This document shows, one piece after another, positions 15,631 to 30,120 of a stretch of DNA of 50,696 bases (its first letter is position 1; each line of letters starts with the position of its first letter). Below the pieces are notes generated by a model that was not told the DNA's origin, did not search any database, and saw only the letters and a program-made list of their open reading frames with translations. The stretch is from Trichoplax sp. H2 (lineage: Eukaryota), in contig NOWV01000118.1 of assembly GCA_003344405.1 (NCBI GenBank), positions 186,001-236,696 of the forward strand, read 5' to 3'. Made by a program: the position numbers and the translations under genes.

Positions 15631-15960
15631 TAGGATCATACATCTAAATTGTGACATCTTGTCATTTAGGATATTATTAGTTTATAATAAATCTCATTGT
15701 TGTTACAACAAACTGACAAGATATATCCTGCTCTTCCATTTCTCCGCAGTAAACAGTAAACACCCCTCTAAATTTAACTACGTCGGATACCAGCAATTCC
15801 GGTATACCAGATTACTGATCGGTACCTGGCAAAAGCGTGTATTATTTTTTGAGATAATGAACTAATAAGTGTATGTACACAAAGAAGCTTACAAAAAATA
15901 CTTAAAAAATATCCTGATGTTTCATTACGGTAAGCACAAGTATGACAGTAAAATAATATA

Positions 15961-16350
15961 GCATAGATGTAATTTGATCTATTTTTAAAATTAGCATAAA
16001 ACAAATAAGAAGAATACATCGAATAACAATGACTATGAAGTATTGATTGCCAATGATAAAAGATGGTGTGCTACGACCAGATATAGATTTTAAATTTGCA
16101 ATTAGTTTTGCAGTACATCTATAATACGCATTTTTTGCATCGAGGTAGTAGTAATGATATGAATGAGCGTAGATGTAATTAGATCTATTCTAAAAGTTAG
16201 CGTAAACAAATGAGAAAGATATATCGAATAACAATTTAATGTTGAGGTAACTTATAAAGTATTGATTACCAGTTGTAAAAGATGCAACATGACGACATGA
16301 AATAGATTTTAGATTTACAATTGGCGTTACTTTACATCTATAATACCCGT
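15961..16350. repeat. Tandem duplication, period about 206 bp
   Basis: TAGATGTAATT.GATCTATT...ATCGAATAACAAT...AAGTATTGATT...ATAGATTTTA...TACATCTATAATAC at about 15964 and 16170. Confidence 0.8.
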
Positions 16351-19300
16351 CTTTACGTTGAGCAAGAATGACTTCTAGGTTAGTTACGTCAACACCTCGC
16401 AATCGTATATTTTTTAGATAGGTATTAAGACTTGATTTTTGACAACTGGTATTTAAACAGGATAATTCTATTACAAATTATATAGTATACAAGTCTTCAC
16501 GCTTTGCACTTAGTACATTATATTGTAGTGATCTCTTTACCGGAATAACGCAATACAGTAAATACCTAACGATCTGTCAGAAGTTTAGAGCCGTGATATA
16601 TACGTACATTTTATTTTCTAGCATTGAAATACACTATAAAGATTCTAATAGACTGATCACTACTCTATGCATCCTTGAGACCATAAGAATACGACGAGCA
16701 GTATTCGAGTAAAAACAATTTGGTCTCTTATTTTCTCACACGGTAATAAAAAAAATTTTTAATTCCTATACTAATGTTAACCCATTTTTGTTTGTATTGA
16801 AGATTTAAGAGGTGTTGTAGCACTCACTGAGTGCTTTAAGAAAATTTATAATACTATTAAATGAGCATCAACATATTCAATCAATTAACATACTGCAATT
16901 CCGACGTCTGTGCCTAAATTACATATCGTTTGCTAAGAAATATCTTATAAAAGTATAAATAGTAACAAAAAAGTTCTAGATGTCTTTTACTTACCGGTAC
17001 TTGATATAACGATTTGGAACAAGGAATTAAATTTCTATAGTATTCACACTTTTGGCAGCTGGCTGGGATGCCATTGCTGTTTAGCAAATAGAAAGAAAAA
17101 GTAATACACATTCAATGAAAGCCAGTATCATTCATGAACTTAATATTGATCTCTCATTATCGTATAATTCGCATTTGAATTTAGTTTAATTAATAGAAAA
17201 ATTAGCTAGTAACTGATGTTAGCATACAAAACCCTAAATTGAAACTATCTATAAAATCCTATAAATAAATCTTAATAAATACTAAAATTTAACAAGATCA
17301 CGTCGCGGTAAAATAATTGCTAGGAATATGAAAACTACATTTTTACCGATAGACTATCATAGGTAGGACTAGTAACAGCTAAAAACGAAAAAGGCAATTA
17401 AAAACGCCATTTTTCTCTAATATTACAAAATTCTTCAGAATTAATTCGCGACTTCATCATTTATTAATTACAAAAGTCATGAGGCAATTACTCAAATGAG
17501 TACAATATAAATAATTTAATAGTATGACTACTGAAGATAATAATCATCAGCAAATATTACGAAAACAGGTCGAAAGGTCAATAAATTTCAGCAACCCATT
17601 AGTTTCGGTAATTTCGTATCAGTAACTCATTTAGGCTTATCAAAAAATAAACGCCTAATATTACATTATGTGACGTTAAATTCATCTTTAAATGCTAAAA
17701 TTAATACGTAAACTATATCATAAACATAGTTACTTAAAGACATAATATTAATAAAAGAATCTAGTAGATGCTAGCAGACATAACTTTTAATTTCTCGTTA
17801 TATCTAAAATGGTCAAGCATTTACTTGACCTCATTCCCAATAACCCGTAATTGCGAGAAATCCTCTGCAATCACCTAACGTGATAGTATTGAACAAATTC
17901 AATGAAAGATTGTTATTGTAGATAATATCGAAAATATTTATATAGTGCTATAACTGTCATTTGAAGGGTTATCAAAGCAAAATAGCAACTAACATATCCG
18001 TATTTGCAAACCCCTGTCCCCTTGTTTTTGATCGTTGCATGAAGCCTTTCCTATAATCGATTTTCATTAGATATGCTAAATTTGTTCAATTTTATATATA
18101 TGCGGGATATTTAGAAATTGAAAATAATCTAATTGATGACTAATGGATCGATATTGCTGCTAGTGAAATTTACGTTGCAGTTATCCAAAATATTAAATTA
18201 ACTGCAATTTTGATTCGATACACTGTATGTTAAAATTTTGATAAAGATAATTCTGATAATTAATCTGATGCAAGTTTTCAATTCACCTCTTTACATACAA
18301 AATTGATCGATTATCTTTCGCCACCTTAGTCCAATTTAATAGCTCTGATGACTTTTTCCGGGAGATATAAATCGTATGCTAATTTGCAACATATTTTGAA
18401 GTATTTGAGCTAAATTAAGCTAGTAAAAGTAGTAAATGAGTTTAATCTGCATAATCTAATGTTATGTACTGACGTAACTCTGTTGCTCGGCTAAAAACCT
18501 TATATAAGAATATAAAGATACAGTCTAGCAATATTAATACTAGTGCTACCTGTTAGTGTAGTAAGTATTTTAATAGAAATAGCACTCAGGTATATGTCTC
18601 CTCGCAATAATTAATAAATTATAAGCGTTTTGTCTAGATTAAAATTGCCGAAAATTCCATTGTGAAACATTTGCAATTAAATTGAATAGGTCATTACCAG
18701 TTGAAGTATATCAAGTGCAGCTGTCATGATAAATTACACTATAAATAAAATAAAATTTACCTTTACAATTATTATAATGAAATGAGCTTGTGGAAACACA
18801 TATTCAAATACTAATATAAAAGTCTATCTATAATTAGACATCCTTTTAAATATTAATCATAGTGAAGTTTATTCTTGAGATTATCACTACTTCATTTTGT
18901 TAAATATTCATGCCATATCTGATATCAACAGAATAGAATTTTAACATCATAACTATACCTAACTCTATTCGAATAATAATAAGATCTTATTTATTGAGCG
19001 ACCTATTATGAAAATTAATAAGCTATTTTGACTTGTAATCAATGACCTTAATGTTACTTTGTAAAAACTCACTAAACCTAATGATAATTTTACTGAATTG
19101 TAATATATCTATTCATTCCATCATTCATCACCTTATTTTATTTGAAAATAATAGTATGATGTTGCTAGAATCCGTAATATTTATAGCTGAAAATAAATTG
19201 GAGTATAGTGTAAGTTATCAATAACTTATTTTAACTCGAGAATATTTCGTTTAAACTAAACATAATCTAATAATATTTTATTGAACAGCGAAAAAACATA

Positions 19301-22300
19301 TTCATTTCATCTTCCGTCACTTTTTCTTCTTTAAAATTGACGGTCAAATATTGCCAGCATTCGCAATATCTATGCTTGAAAATTGATCAGTATATAGTGG
19401 AAGTCATCAATAGCTTTGTCACACCCTCTAGGATATATATTAAAACTTTCATTATTTTATTCTACAATAAATTGTATGCGATATGGTCATCTAAGATACT
19501 AATTAAAATGCAGGTGTATATGTTAAGCTATTCTATAAACTGTAAATGTTAATTTTATAAGAGTTTACAAGTATTTTGTTGGTGAGGCACAGCAACATTC
19601 AGACAATTACCGACTAACCTTGGCCTAACATGAAACGTGATGATAAAAAGGTCATTCGCTGTAATTATGACTCTAGTTGCTTATCCAGCTTAGATTTAAG
19701 ATCGTGATCCATTTACAAATCATTCTACTTTACAATTTGTGATACTAGCAGTGACTCGATATTATTAAAATTAATTTGAAAATGAGTTATTCAATAATAG
19801 AATGGAAGATTCATTGTAATCCAAGTAGTCTGATTATAATTATTGAGGTTTAAAATTCAGGAAATAATTGATGAGAAGCATTGTACTATCTTAATGACCA
19901 TAGCAACATTGCAATCATAATACGATGATCAAAGTAACATTCGTATGATTAGATAACTTCTCTAGCAACATTCATATACTACTTCAAACAATCAATCTTA
20001 CATATCTATACATAACCGTAACACTAAACCCCTTCGATTACCTTTCGATAACCTATCACCTTGATTGTAGAACTGATGCGTATTTTCTAATTCTGTACAG
20101 TGTCTGGGCGATCAGAAACTTATGTTGTCACCATATTACTTCTTTGAACTATTTTGTTTGAAGAATTAAATTGTTCTGATAGGGTTTGGACTACGTTCGT
20201 AAAGCTCAACGTTTTACCTAATGTTGTGATTTGTAATTGTTGCTTGTCACGGTACAAACCACCGTGAAGAGTAAATGATTAAATTTAGTGTTTAACATTT
20301 ATATATGGAGATAACTAATAATGACTTACAGTAAGAACTACAGTAGTTATTATTTTGTTACAGCAAATTATGCTGTATTGCAGTAAGAGTTCTCATAAGG
20401 TAACTAATATTAATTGATGATAGTGTTATGTCCTGTAACGCTTGTGATGAATATCCTGAAGATATTGAATTATAGATGATACTATAAATAATTCTGCGTG
20501 TGGACATACTGTAGTCTAATTATCTAGAATCGTTCAGTAAAAGTCCAAAACTATGAATATTGTCTGTATTAATTTAACTATCCAAATATGAGCTAAATTT
20601 CGTGAACTGTTATGACTCTTACATGATAGCTGCTGCCGAAGGGTATTTAAGCTCTGCAGATAGTTGAATAAAAGAAGAATTTTTTAGTTGTTTTAACGTA
20701 GAAGCAAAGGCATCTAAATTCTTGTGAGGTCGTTAAGGGATACTGAATCCCGGAGACTATAGTAATTTAGAGATTTGTTTTACGCTATCTTTGCCATGAC
20801 GTTGGTTTGTGACATTGCTATATCAGCGTAATCGCCAGATGATGACTGTCACCATCGGTAAAAATTTCGTTGTTCCCGATTTAATATTACAGTGTAATTA
20901 TACGAGATACATGTGACCTGCTAGAAATTGGTTTAGAAACTGCTAATTAATAAAGAAGCTTAACCGTAAGTATATAAAGTTAGTCAGAATATTTCGAGCA
21001 ATTAGCTAATACCGCGGTAGATCTAGGTATTTGCTGATTCATGTATGCAATACAGTAGGACCCCATATTGCCCGTGTTGCACCTAACAGTAAAGAAGAGA
21101 TTGCAGCCTAGCAATTCCTTCGCACGTAGTATTTATAGGATCAAGTCTTTCGGTAATGTAATTTTTTCATTATGCTTCTATATGAATTCGAGAAAATATG
21201 CATAATACCTATTCAGTTAAAGAACTTAGAGAGGAGCATTTTGGTAAAATGATTATATGGTGTCATATTGAATCGTAGTCTCAGAGGAATACCTATTCAA
21301 ATTATTAGTAAATGTGATCTTAATTGGTCGATTAAGATTAATTTTTCGTGATATATTAATACAATAAAAGCCATATTTATAGATAGGTAGTTACCTATGA
21401 TACATTTTTAAATTAAAATTAAATATTCTGATAGACTTTCAAAAGGAGTATGAATAATGAAGTGTAGTAATTTAATCTGAAAATATCACGTATTAAAAGC
21501 TGCGTTGGTATCTTACACAAAGTAATCTTTGCAATGAAAGCAAGATGATTATTGTCAAAAATAATTGAATAATTGATGCCACTGTTAATATTATAACGGA
21601 TAATCGAGCGATCAGACGACGTTTGATAAAATTAATCTCGCCTAGCATGGATTCAATGACTTTATGTAATTTAATGTCTTGTACAATCAAAAAATAGGCT
21701 CATAAGATATAGTATAGTATGTATATTAATAAACATGGTATTAATAATGCAGTTTTTCACCATATCAAAGTTATTTAAAGCAAACGTAAATCGATATAAG
21801 TAGTATCTAGGATGTGTGATCACGATATAAAGCAAATATTACTAATTCACAAGTCATACTAACAAGAATAGATTGAATAAAGTTGTCCTAGTTTAAACTA
21901 TCCCCAGTTTATTAATAAAGCATGAAACTGATAATTCGATCGGATAACTAATTCATCTGTCAAAATGATGCAGTAACTAATAAAGTAACAATTTCTTTCC
22001 AAGGATTTACTATTCAGCCCTGGAGTATAAACTCACGTAACTCGTTAAAAAAATCCTTGATAGAGCTCCTGAATTTATTACATGAACCAGTAGTAAACTA
22101 TAAAGTCTTTGGGCTATGTTGAAGTATTCTACACTTATCTTTGCTTAGAAATGAGTTTCCCGGATATAATCTCACACCAATGCCACGAAGTGACTTTTGT
22201 AGACTAACGTTTAATCGCTTATCTTATTTTCGTTAGATAACATGATTTTGATAATACTGCTATCTGTGGCAATATACATAATTTTATAGAGAACTGCACA

Positions 22301-25300
22301 ATGTTATCTATTTTCTGGTAATTAATGTTTATGCAGATTTACTATTAAACTGGCTGATTTTTTACGAAGGTTTAGATTCAGTTTTGTCTATATTAACAAT
22401 CGGGATCGTCCATTTTTTGAGTCTTTCTGCTGGTGCAGTGGATATCGGGAGGACGAACTTTCTACTAGACTCGTAACATAATAATTTCTTGTAGTTGCGG
22501 TAATTTCCTCAATACAAGTCCCAATTGGCAATATAATATATACAACAGCTGTTTATGACTTTTGGATTAAGTTTAGAAAGCGATTGAAAGCATGCCTATT
22601 ATCACAATTTTCTACAATAAATACTGCTTTAACAAATTTGGGCCATCTGCAAGTTAGTGCAGTAGTATCAGGATCATAATTATCCGAAAATGAATTAACA
22701 ATAAAATTTATCTAATCCATTGATATATTTAAAATTATTTAATAAAATACCAGGGCAGATTATACCCCATTATTATGCGAAATCTATTAAAAACGTTATT
22801 AATCACAATTGAACATTCATCTCTAATTTAAGTCATAACCTTAACCCCCAAAAGACGATTAATTATCTCACGTATAGTAATGGATATTTGATTCTTCCGT
22901 TCAATAATTTCCAAGTCTGTACTAAAACATTTTTATTTAATTCTGTGGGCAAAAACCTAACTTGCTTGTAATATTATCAACTTTTAAATTCGCCCTAGAA
23001 GATATTATTCCTGAAGGTGAATAAGGCATAGTTCAAACAAGTAAAGATATAAGCGATTCTTGAGCCAGTCTACAGTAATAGCGCTGTGCAGGCATTATTA
23101 TTTCTGATAAAACAGGTAAAGATTAAAATTATTCTTTTGCTAGTCTAATGGAGCTGTGAAGTTACTATTACTTTAGACCGGACAAGGAAAGGCTAAAATC
23201 TTTCTTTTATTAGTCTAATAGAGCTGCAACACAGACATAATAGTATGCTGACACATTTGTTTCAGCTTTCACGATCCTAATGGCGTGTTAGTTCGTAATT
23301 TTTCATAACTCGTACGACAACTTTTAGGCAATAACGTCAATTTCTATTTCATCAAGTAATGTGGTGCATTATTGGAAGTATCCAGCCCTTCCCGGAAATA
23401 GCCAATTCCCGGGATTGACTGTAACACATACATAAATTTCCATCTTGGCAATCCGTCAACAAGTACCTACATGTAGTGTTGATCACCCAAAAGCTCTACT
23501 AGTGGAGGTTTTACGTTTAAGGTAACATCATCAGAAGAAATATCATCTTGACAGAGTGATTGTGTTCTTATTATATCTAGCATGTAGCAGTCGCCAACTA
23601 TAATATCAATCAAGTAATAATAATTAATTAATTACTACATTGTACCCCTGTCATGGAATCATTGCCGATCAGGAAACCTAGAATTATTACATCACATCTA
23701 GATGTGACACTGCTGTACGATTACTTTTACGTTTATTATTCATACATATATATGATAGAATGGAAAATTGTTTCTTATGAATCGAAAAATACTGTACTGT
23801 ATTCTCTGCTATTGGCATGATCGTATCTATCAGAATAGTTTGAAGAACAAAAATGGTAGGATTTTTTAAGATATTCTATATCCTCATCATCAATTTTAGA
23901 TTTATAAAAATAATTGCATAGTTACACAAGTCAATAATTGTTTAGGTGGTAGAGTGAAAATGTCTCGATATAACATGCATAACCCTATTTTATTCATTAC
24001 GTATACCCAGTTGCCCTAACACATAAACTTTTAATAAATGTATAATTTTCAAAATAGTTTAATAAAAACATTCTTGACTAGTTACTTTAATTCTCTTATC
24101 GAACTTTTAATTATAAAATACAGAGAATACCAATTAATAAGTAAGCGCTAATCCTTCGGTTCATTGACATTCCTATCAATGACGAAATAAAGGGAGGAGA
24201 TTGATCTCAAATTTGATCTATTATGGCGGTAACTCCTAAGATAGATGCATTACTTGCAGCAAAAAGTCTTTAAGTGACCAAAACTTCAAATATTCACCGT
24301 CATCATTACGTGCCATTAATACGAAACTATCTTTATAGCTTCTATTTACCAGCAACTATTGGCTAAAAATTTCACGGTACAACTATTTTTAGATATTAAA
24401 TTATTCAGACACGACAATTTTACTGTATTTACAAGCTGTACCCGTACTAAGGGATGTCGCATTGTATTTCTATTTAAAAGGCGTAAGGTAGACCTTATTT
24501 TATTAGCTATCTACACCCAACTCTATTATTAGCATATGAGTTAAATGAAAGATTTACCGATTAAATACAGTAGCGCTATTTATTAAACAATTATCCTTGG
24601 AGCATTCATTAAAGTTCATCTGAAATTAACTTTCGACTTTTTACAACACAAGTTTAGATCGTCATAATAAGCTTCTACATGACGTAAGTCTAATTTACAT
24701 CGATTATCAAGATGTTGCCCAACAGTTGCTATTATGATCGTTTTAAAAAATATCGTTAACTATTTTTGTCATCTGTCAAATTAAATGGTAGGCGTACAGA
24801 CACAAAGTAAGAATTTGGGAAGAGGGTCAGGGACATTTTAACGGGTTACGAATAGCAACATGAACCAACCCATGACATGAAACGAACTTTAAATCTACCT
24901 TAGGCTGTACTTGTCTCTTCAAGTAAGACAGAAGAAAAATTGATTATGTTATTTCCTTTAGTAAACTTTAGTGTAGCTATGTGCTATAAATTGAGAGTTA
25001 CACTACGAAAAATAGATGATCAGATAGCATGTATGCTTGATATCTGATAATGTAAAGATGATAAATAGAGCAACAAAAAACGAAATGAGTATTAATTCCT
25101 TTACAGAGGAAAAATTGACATAGTTATACAAACAAAAGACAAAAATGAATAATAATTCCTTTAGTAACTTACTAGGACGCAGGACGGCGCTTCCATTTAC
25201 GTCTTTTTAATTTACTAGCCATTCTAAGTTTTTCAAATTAACCATAGAAATAAAAAGCGTTAAGGGACATATTTTAAAGTATTTCGAACGAGATCATATT

Positions 25301-28300
25301 GAAGATTTTAGGAACGAAAGAATATGTGTAAGCATCTTGATAAATTACTCATTAAACTATCCTTATTTATCCAAGATCTGCACAAATGAGTAGCAAGCCA
25401 TTAGAATAAGTGAACGATACTCAGTTCTATTTGTAAATTTGTGTTAATTTTATACATTTATCATTTGTAAAGAGAAATAATTACGTACTTTCAGAACAAT
25501 CACTTAAGGAAAACGACGTAGGAGAAGTAATTAACTCAAGTTAATATCTTGTTGCGAAAAATTATCTACGGACATAATTTACACTGATCAGTTTAAAGTG
25601 AGACAATCACTAAAATATATTTTCGTTGAGGTATATCCTAAATATATGGAATCATTACATAAAACTAAAGTAATCAACACATTAGTGTCAAGAGTACTAT
25701 GACAAGGAACGATTTAAATGATCATTACCAGCAGATATATGATCTAACTATCATATCACTAGTGACAAATTTTATCATTTTATCATTTTTAGTATATATT
25801 TCTACAGTACGTCTTCTTAAATAGCACAAAAACTAACAAACAATCTAACTTAAACAAGGGATTAAACATAGAATTAAAATAGGGAAGATGGAGATGGTAA
25901 GTAATTTCATAAAGGCGAGTAGATTTGTAAAGAATTGCGTATAGACTTAATTATCCGTATCGATATTAATTGACTGTTTCTCACAAGTTTAAGAAAATAG
26001 AATATTGTCAGTTATCCTATGGCACTTAACAATTAATTGTAATAGAACGAGAATTTTTTGCCACGTAAATAAATTAGAGAGTCACTATTGCATAAACCTA
26101 CATTTTGATAGCGTTCGATTTGTACTTGCAAATAGAATTCTAAGTTGTAGTAATGGCGGGTATCAATTATAGTCTTATCATATAAGCCAGATCACGAATG
26201 CCGGAAAATCTTTGGGTCGAGGATATACGACCAAATACTGAATGAAAATAGAGTTGGCCAAAGTGTTAGGAGAGTCAATAAATGCGAAGATCCATACCAA
26301 AAGATATTTTTGTAAAAAGATATTCCACCACTGCTACGTAGAATAACGAGAGCAAGCTTAATGACTTGAGGATCGAGATAAAATTTATTTGGATTTCAAG
26401 AAATAATTCCAGACTAAGGCAGAAGATTTCAATTTGAAGAAAAGGAATTGATGCAAGTAATGAACTTATTTCTTTTACAAAGCGAAAATAAAAGATTACG
26501 ATAGAATTAAATGGTATAGTAAATAACGGTGAATAGAGACAATAACAGTGTTACTTCTAGGGAAAAACGGTAGATAATTGTTCACTACGAGACAGTAGTA
26601 AAGATGGTAGTTTATCACGTTACGGTGTCAAAATTTACTGGGAACGAATGTAAAAGTTTTAAGCGTCCATTGCAGAAACAGTAATAGTAAGAATAACAAT
26701 AAGCTAATAGAAGGAATGCCAAGAGTTACTGTAATGTGTAAAATTGTGTTAATCATCAAGGGTTGAACATTGTCACAACCAGGTACTTTGTTGTATAATT
26801 TGTCAATAAATATAATTATAGTTTGAATAAAATACAGATTATCCTACTATTTAATACTGATAAATTGTCTTTTATCAACGAAGCGAATTAAGGAGATTTT
26901 AAATGCAATAGCGTGTAATAATATCGTGGGACTACATTGAATGCACCTTTGCTAGGTCATGACTTTATAATATAGACTGTGTCTGAATACAAGGTGCGAG
27001 CCCGAGGAAATGAACAATAAAGTAAATAGCAATAAAGTATTGATACATGCCGTAGTTAAAAATAGTACAACCATTCATAGCCAGTCCTATCGATGTTGCA
27101 TGCCTAGCTTACATGATGGACTATGCCGCACATTATCGTATTAAGTAAAGATGAAAAAGCATTGTTTAATGATACCATATGGAGGAGGGAATCAGCCTAC
27201 TTTATGCTGTTAGTTAATATTAATCAACGCCAAGAATTTATAATGAGATCAGCCATGAAAATGATTCTTCTACTTCTTTCAAACAGAGAGGCAATTCATT
27301 GTTGATTCTATATGGATTAATTAGTAAAGAGAGTTCATTATGAATTAATTAAACTAAAGTATTCTGTAGATTGAAGTCTGGAAGCGTAAAACTATCAATT
27401 TAGTGGATCAAGACAATGTATTAGTTCAAAACCTATTTAATATTAGTTTCCTAACCTACTCGTTTAATAGTATCAACCATAACCTCAATTCTCGAACAAA
27501 ACATAAGAATAGAGTGCTTATAGTTATCAAGGAGTATTAATACATCTTGCTTCATGGCCTTCATCTTGGAATAATAATTATTCAAGGCAGAGTTGAATAC
27601 ACTACTATCACATTTACTCGTAATATACAATACAGTAATATATCACTCTCTTAATCATAGATATCTTTACTGCAATCTTTTTTTCACTATTTCGCTTATT
27701 ATGTAATTAACAAAATTTCAACAATTGATTGATTGTCTTATCGGCATTGCTAGCAAGGTGTAAATCTCGAAATGATTAATGGATGGTTCCCTTTTGACCA
27801 TTTACTTCTCTCTACTACTATTTCTAAGACGTTTTGTAATATTTTTATCCGGAAGCCGCAGTGTCACTATAAGTATTGCTATCGTCATCAATTAGGATTA
27901 TAAAGAGTTTATTGTACTTATAATTCATACTTTTGATCTTATATTGTTTCCTGATTCTTATTCGTAATCTAGTCTTGGTAAAAAGTAAAACTGTAGTTAG
28001 CCAATTTAAAAATATTGCTATTTAAAACTTTAGATGGAACAGAGATCTTTTAGTTTTTAAGATAGTCCTAAATTATTAAAATCATCATCCCAGTGTAAAT
28101 TCTCAATTCAATATATCATTACAAACTGGAACCTATGTAGCAGACTTCACTTAAGTAAGCAATCTATTCACATGAACAGATCTTTCTATTGACTGGCATA
28201 AAGGTTATATGAGATAATTTTTTCACCCCAGTCTAGCAAAATTTAAAAAGTATTTCCAACCAGTATAGGCAATTATAGTGTAAATGATACAATAATAACT

Positions 28301-29330
28301 ACCGGCACCCGTTTTAAAACAGAATGCGTTCATTGGCAGACTAACGCAATCCAACAGTTACGATTGAGCAATAAGGTTAGTGGTCTATACCATTTAGCAG
28401 CATCAGTTCCTTGATTCCTATTCATGAAAATAGTGTAAACAGTTTTTCACTTTTGGTTATATCCAAACTGTTTTTAAAGCGCAACGGTATGTAATTTTAA
28501 GAATTTAATCTCGAAATTTGCCGTATGCTTCCTTCGATCTCCTAAACACAATATTTTATATTAACGACGCAAATTAGTCAATACTATATTCAAAACCGTT
28601 TTAAATCTGCTCCCTCAATTGCTTATATTTTGCTAAGCGATTCTTTACAATATCATTTTTATTTCATTAGTATGATCGGAATAATTGCAGGGTTAAAGCA
28701 AATTTACTATAGATTATTAAGATATTGGACCAAGTTGTATGGTACATACAGTACAGCAATTCCTTAAGTAAATGAACGTGCTAAAATGCAATAATAAAAT
28801 ATATCTGAACAGCATGATTCCTTAACTAAATAAACTTATCTACTCTTAGTGAAAATATAGGGAGTAATGGTAACCGATTCTCCATTTTTTAATCTGTCTA
28901 TAATCCTAATTACATCTAAGATTTCAATTTCATTCTATTTTTCATAATTTCATTAACTGGAATTCCCAATCATCGATTTATCATGTCGAAAGCAATACTC
29001 GTTATTAAGAAATTAATAACAGTCAATTTTAAAACCTGAAAAGGCGGCTGTGAATCAAACTTAATTAAATCGATAAATATTCAGAAATCGCTAGCCATAC
29101 ATAGTTTGTCATACCTACACTTTGGCAGTATCAGTTGCCGCTGTTAGAGACGTGCTAAACTTAAAATAGTTGATGGTTATCGAGTAGTGTAAAATAGATC
29201 AAGGAGTTGATATGTTAATCCATGACTTGTTGCTGTTCGTAAAATTGTAGTCGGTCAGACGATTGTAAGTTAGCAATTACTAGCTAAAACACACTTATTT
29301 AAATGATGCTAAGCTAGTATTAAGAAATAT

Positions 29331-29570
29331 AAATTTGTACAGTTTCTGAAATTATAATGATATTTAATGAATATTTAAGGAAATTTCTGACTTTAATATA
29401 GAACCGAATGAGATAGCAAACACTTATACATGGATACAATTAAATGACCATACGCTAGTATTAATAAAACAAATTTATACAGTTTATGTAATTAAAATGT
29501 AATTTAATGAATAGTTTTGAACATTTCTGACTTCAATATAAAATGAAACAGTGAATGCTTATAAATAGAC
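29331..29570. repeat. Tandem duplication, period about 140 bp
   Basis: AAATTT(G/A)TACAGTTT...ATTTAATGAATA...ATTTCTGACTT.AATATA at about 29331 and 29471. Confidence 0.7.
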
Positions 29571-29930
29571 ACAATCTTATGATACAAGACAAAAATTTAT
29601 AGTAAGAGCTAAGTTTTTTGATACGCATAAAAACATCATCGTAGCTGAGATAGTACGCTTTTTGATATGGTTGTGATTGCTAAAGTCCGGTTTGGTCTCA
29701 GATTAAATTAAAACTTGTGCAGGTGTAACTATAGATATCGCCTGGTTAGAACTAGAATTTAAAGGACGGTTTTAAATTTGATAATAAATAAAATAATATA
29801 TAAAATAAGATATTGCTTATTTAAAGGAAATTGAATACTTAGCAGAGATCATTTGTATCAATGGTGGATCGAATAATCTATCACTAACTGTAGTAATTCC
29901 TATCGCTAAATTAACGTGACTACGCTCTAC

Positions 29931-30120
29931 TAGGTTCAGCAGATTGGATAGCTTTTTTTACTTTGAGCCTTCTGAATTATTATGAGTTTTATTCAGCTAG
30001 ATTTACGTGATTGAATAAAATTTTTAGTTTTGAGCTTTAATAAATATTATAAGTTTTATTCAGCTAGGGTTAGGAGATTGGATAAATTCTTTTTAAGCCT
30101 TATTAAATATTATAAGCTTA
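29931..30120. repeat. Tandem repeat, about 66 bp x3
   Basis: GATTG(G/A)ATA...GAGC...AGTTTTATTCAGCTAG recurs. Confidence 0.7.

Noticed and set aside
22003-22236. Long plus-strand frame interrupted by a single TGA (possible selenoprotein or pseudogene)
   Set aside because: No redox motif, no recognisable SECIS element, no homology recognised.
23692-23707. Perfect 16-bp palindrome TCACATCTAGATGTGA
   Set aside because: One 8-bp-arm palindrome in 50 kb of AT-rich DNA is within chance.
6785-27305. Short 60-81-aa ORFs from the ORF track in the desert
   Set aside because: I/L/F/Y/N-rich composition expected from random AT-rich DNA; many use non-ATG starts; several lie in tandem repeats; no motifs.
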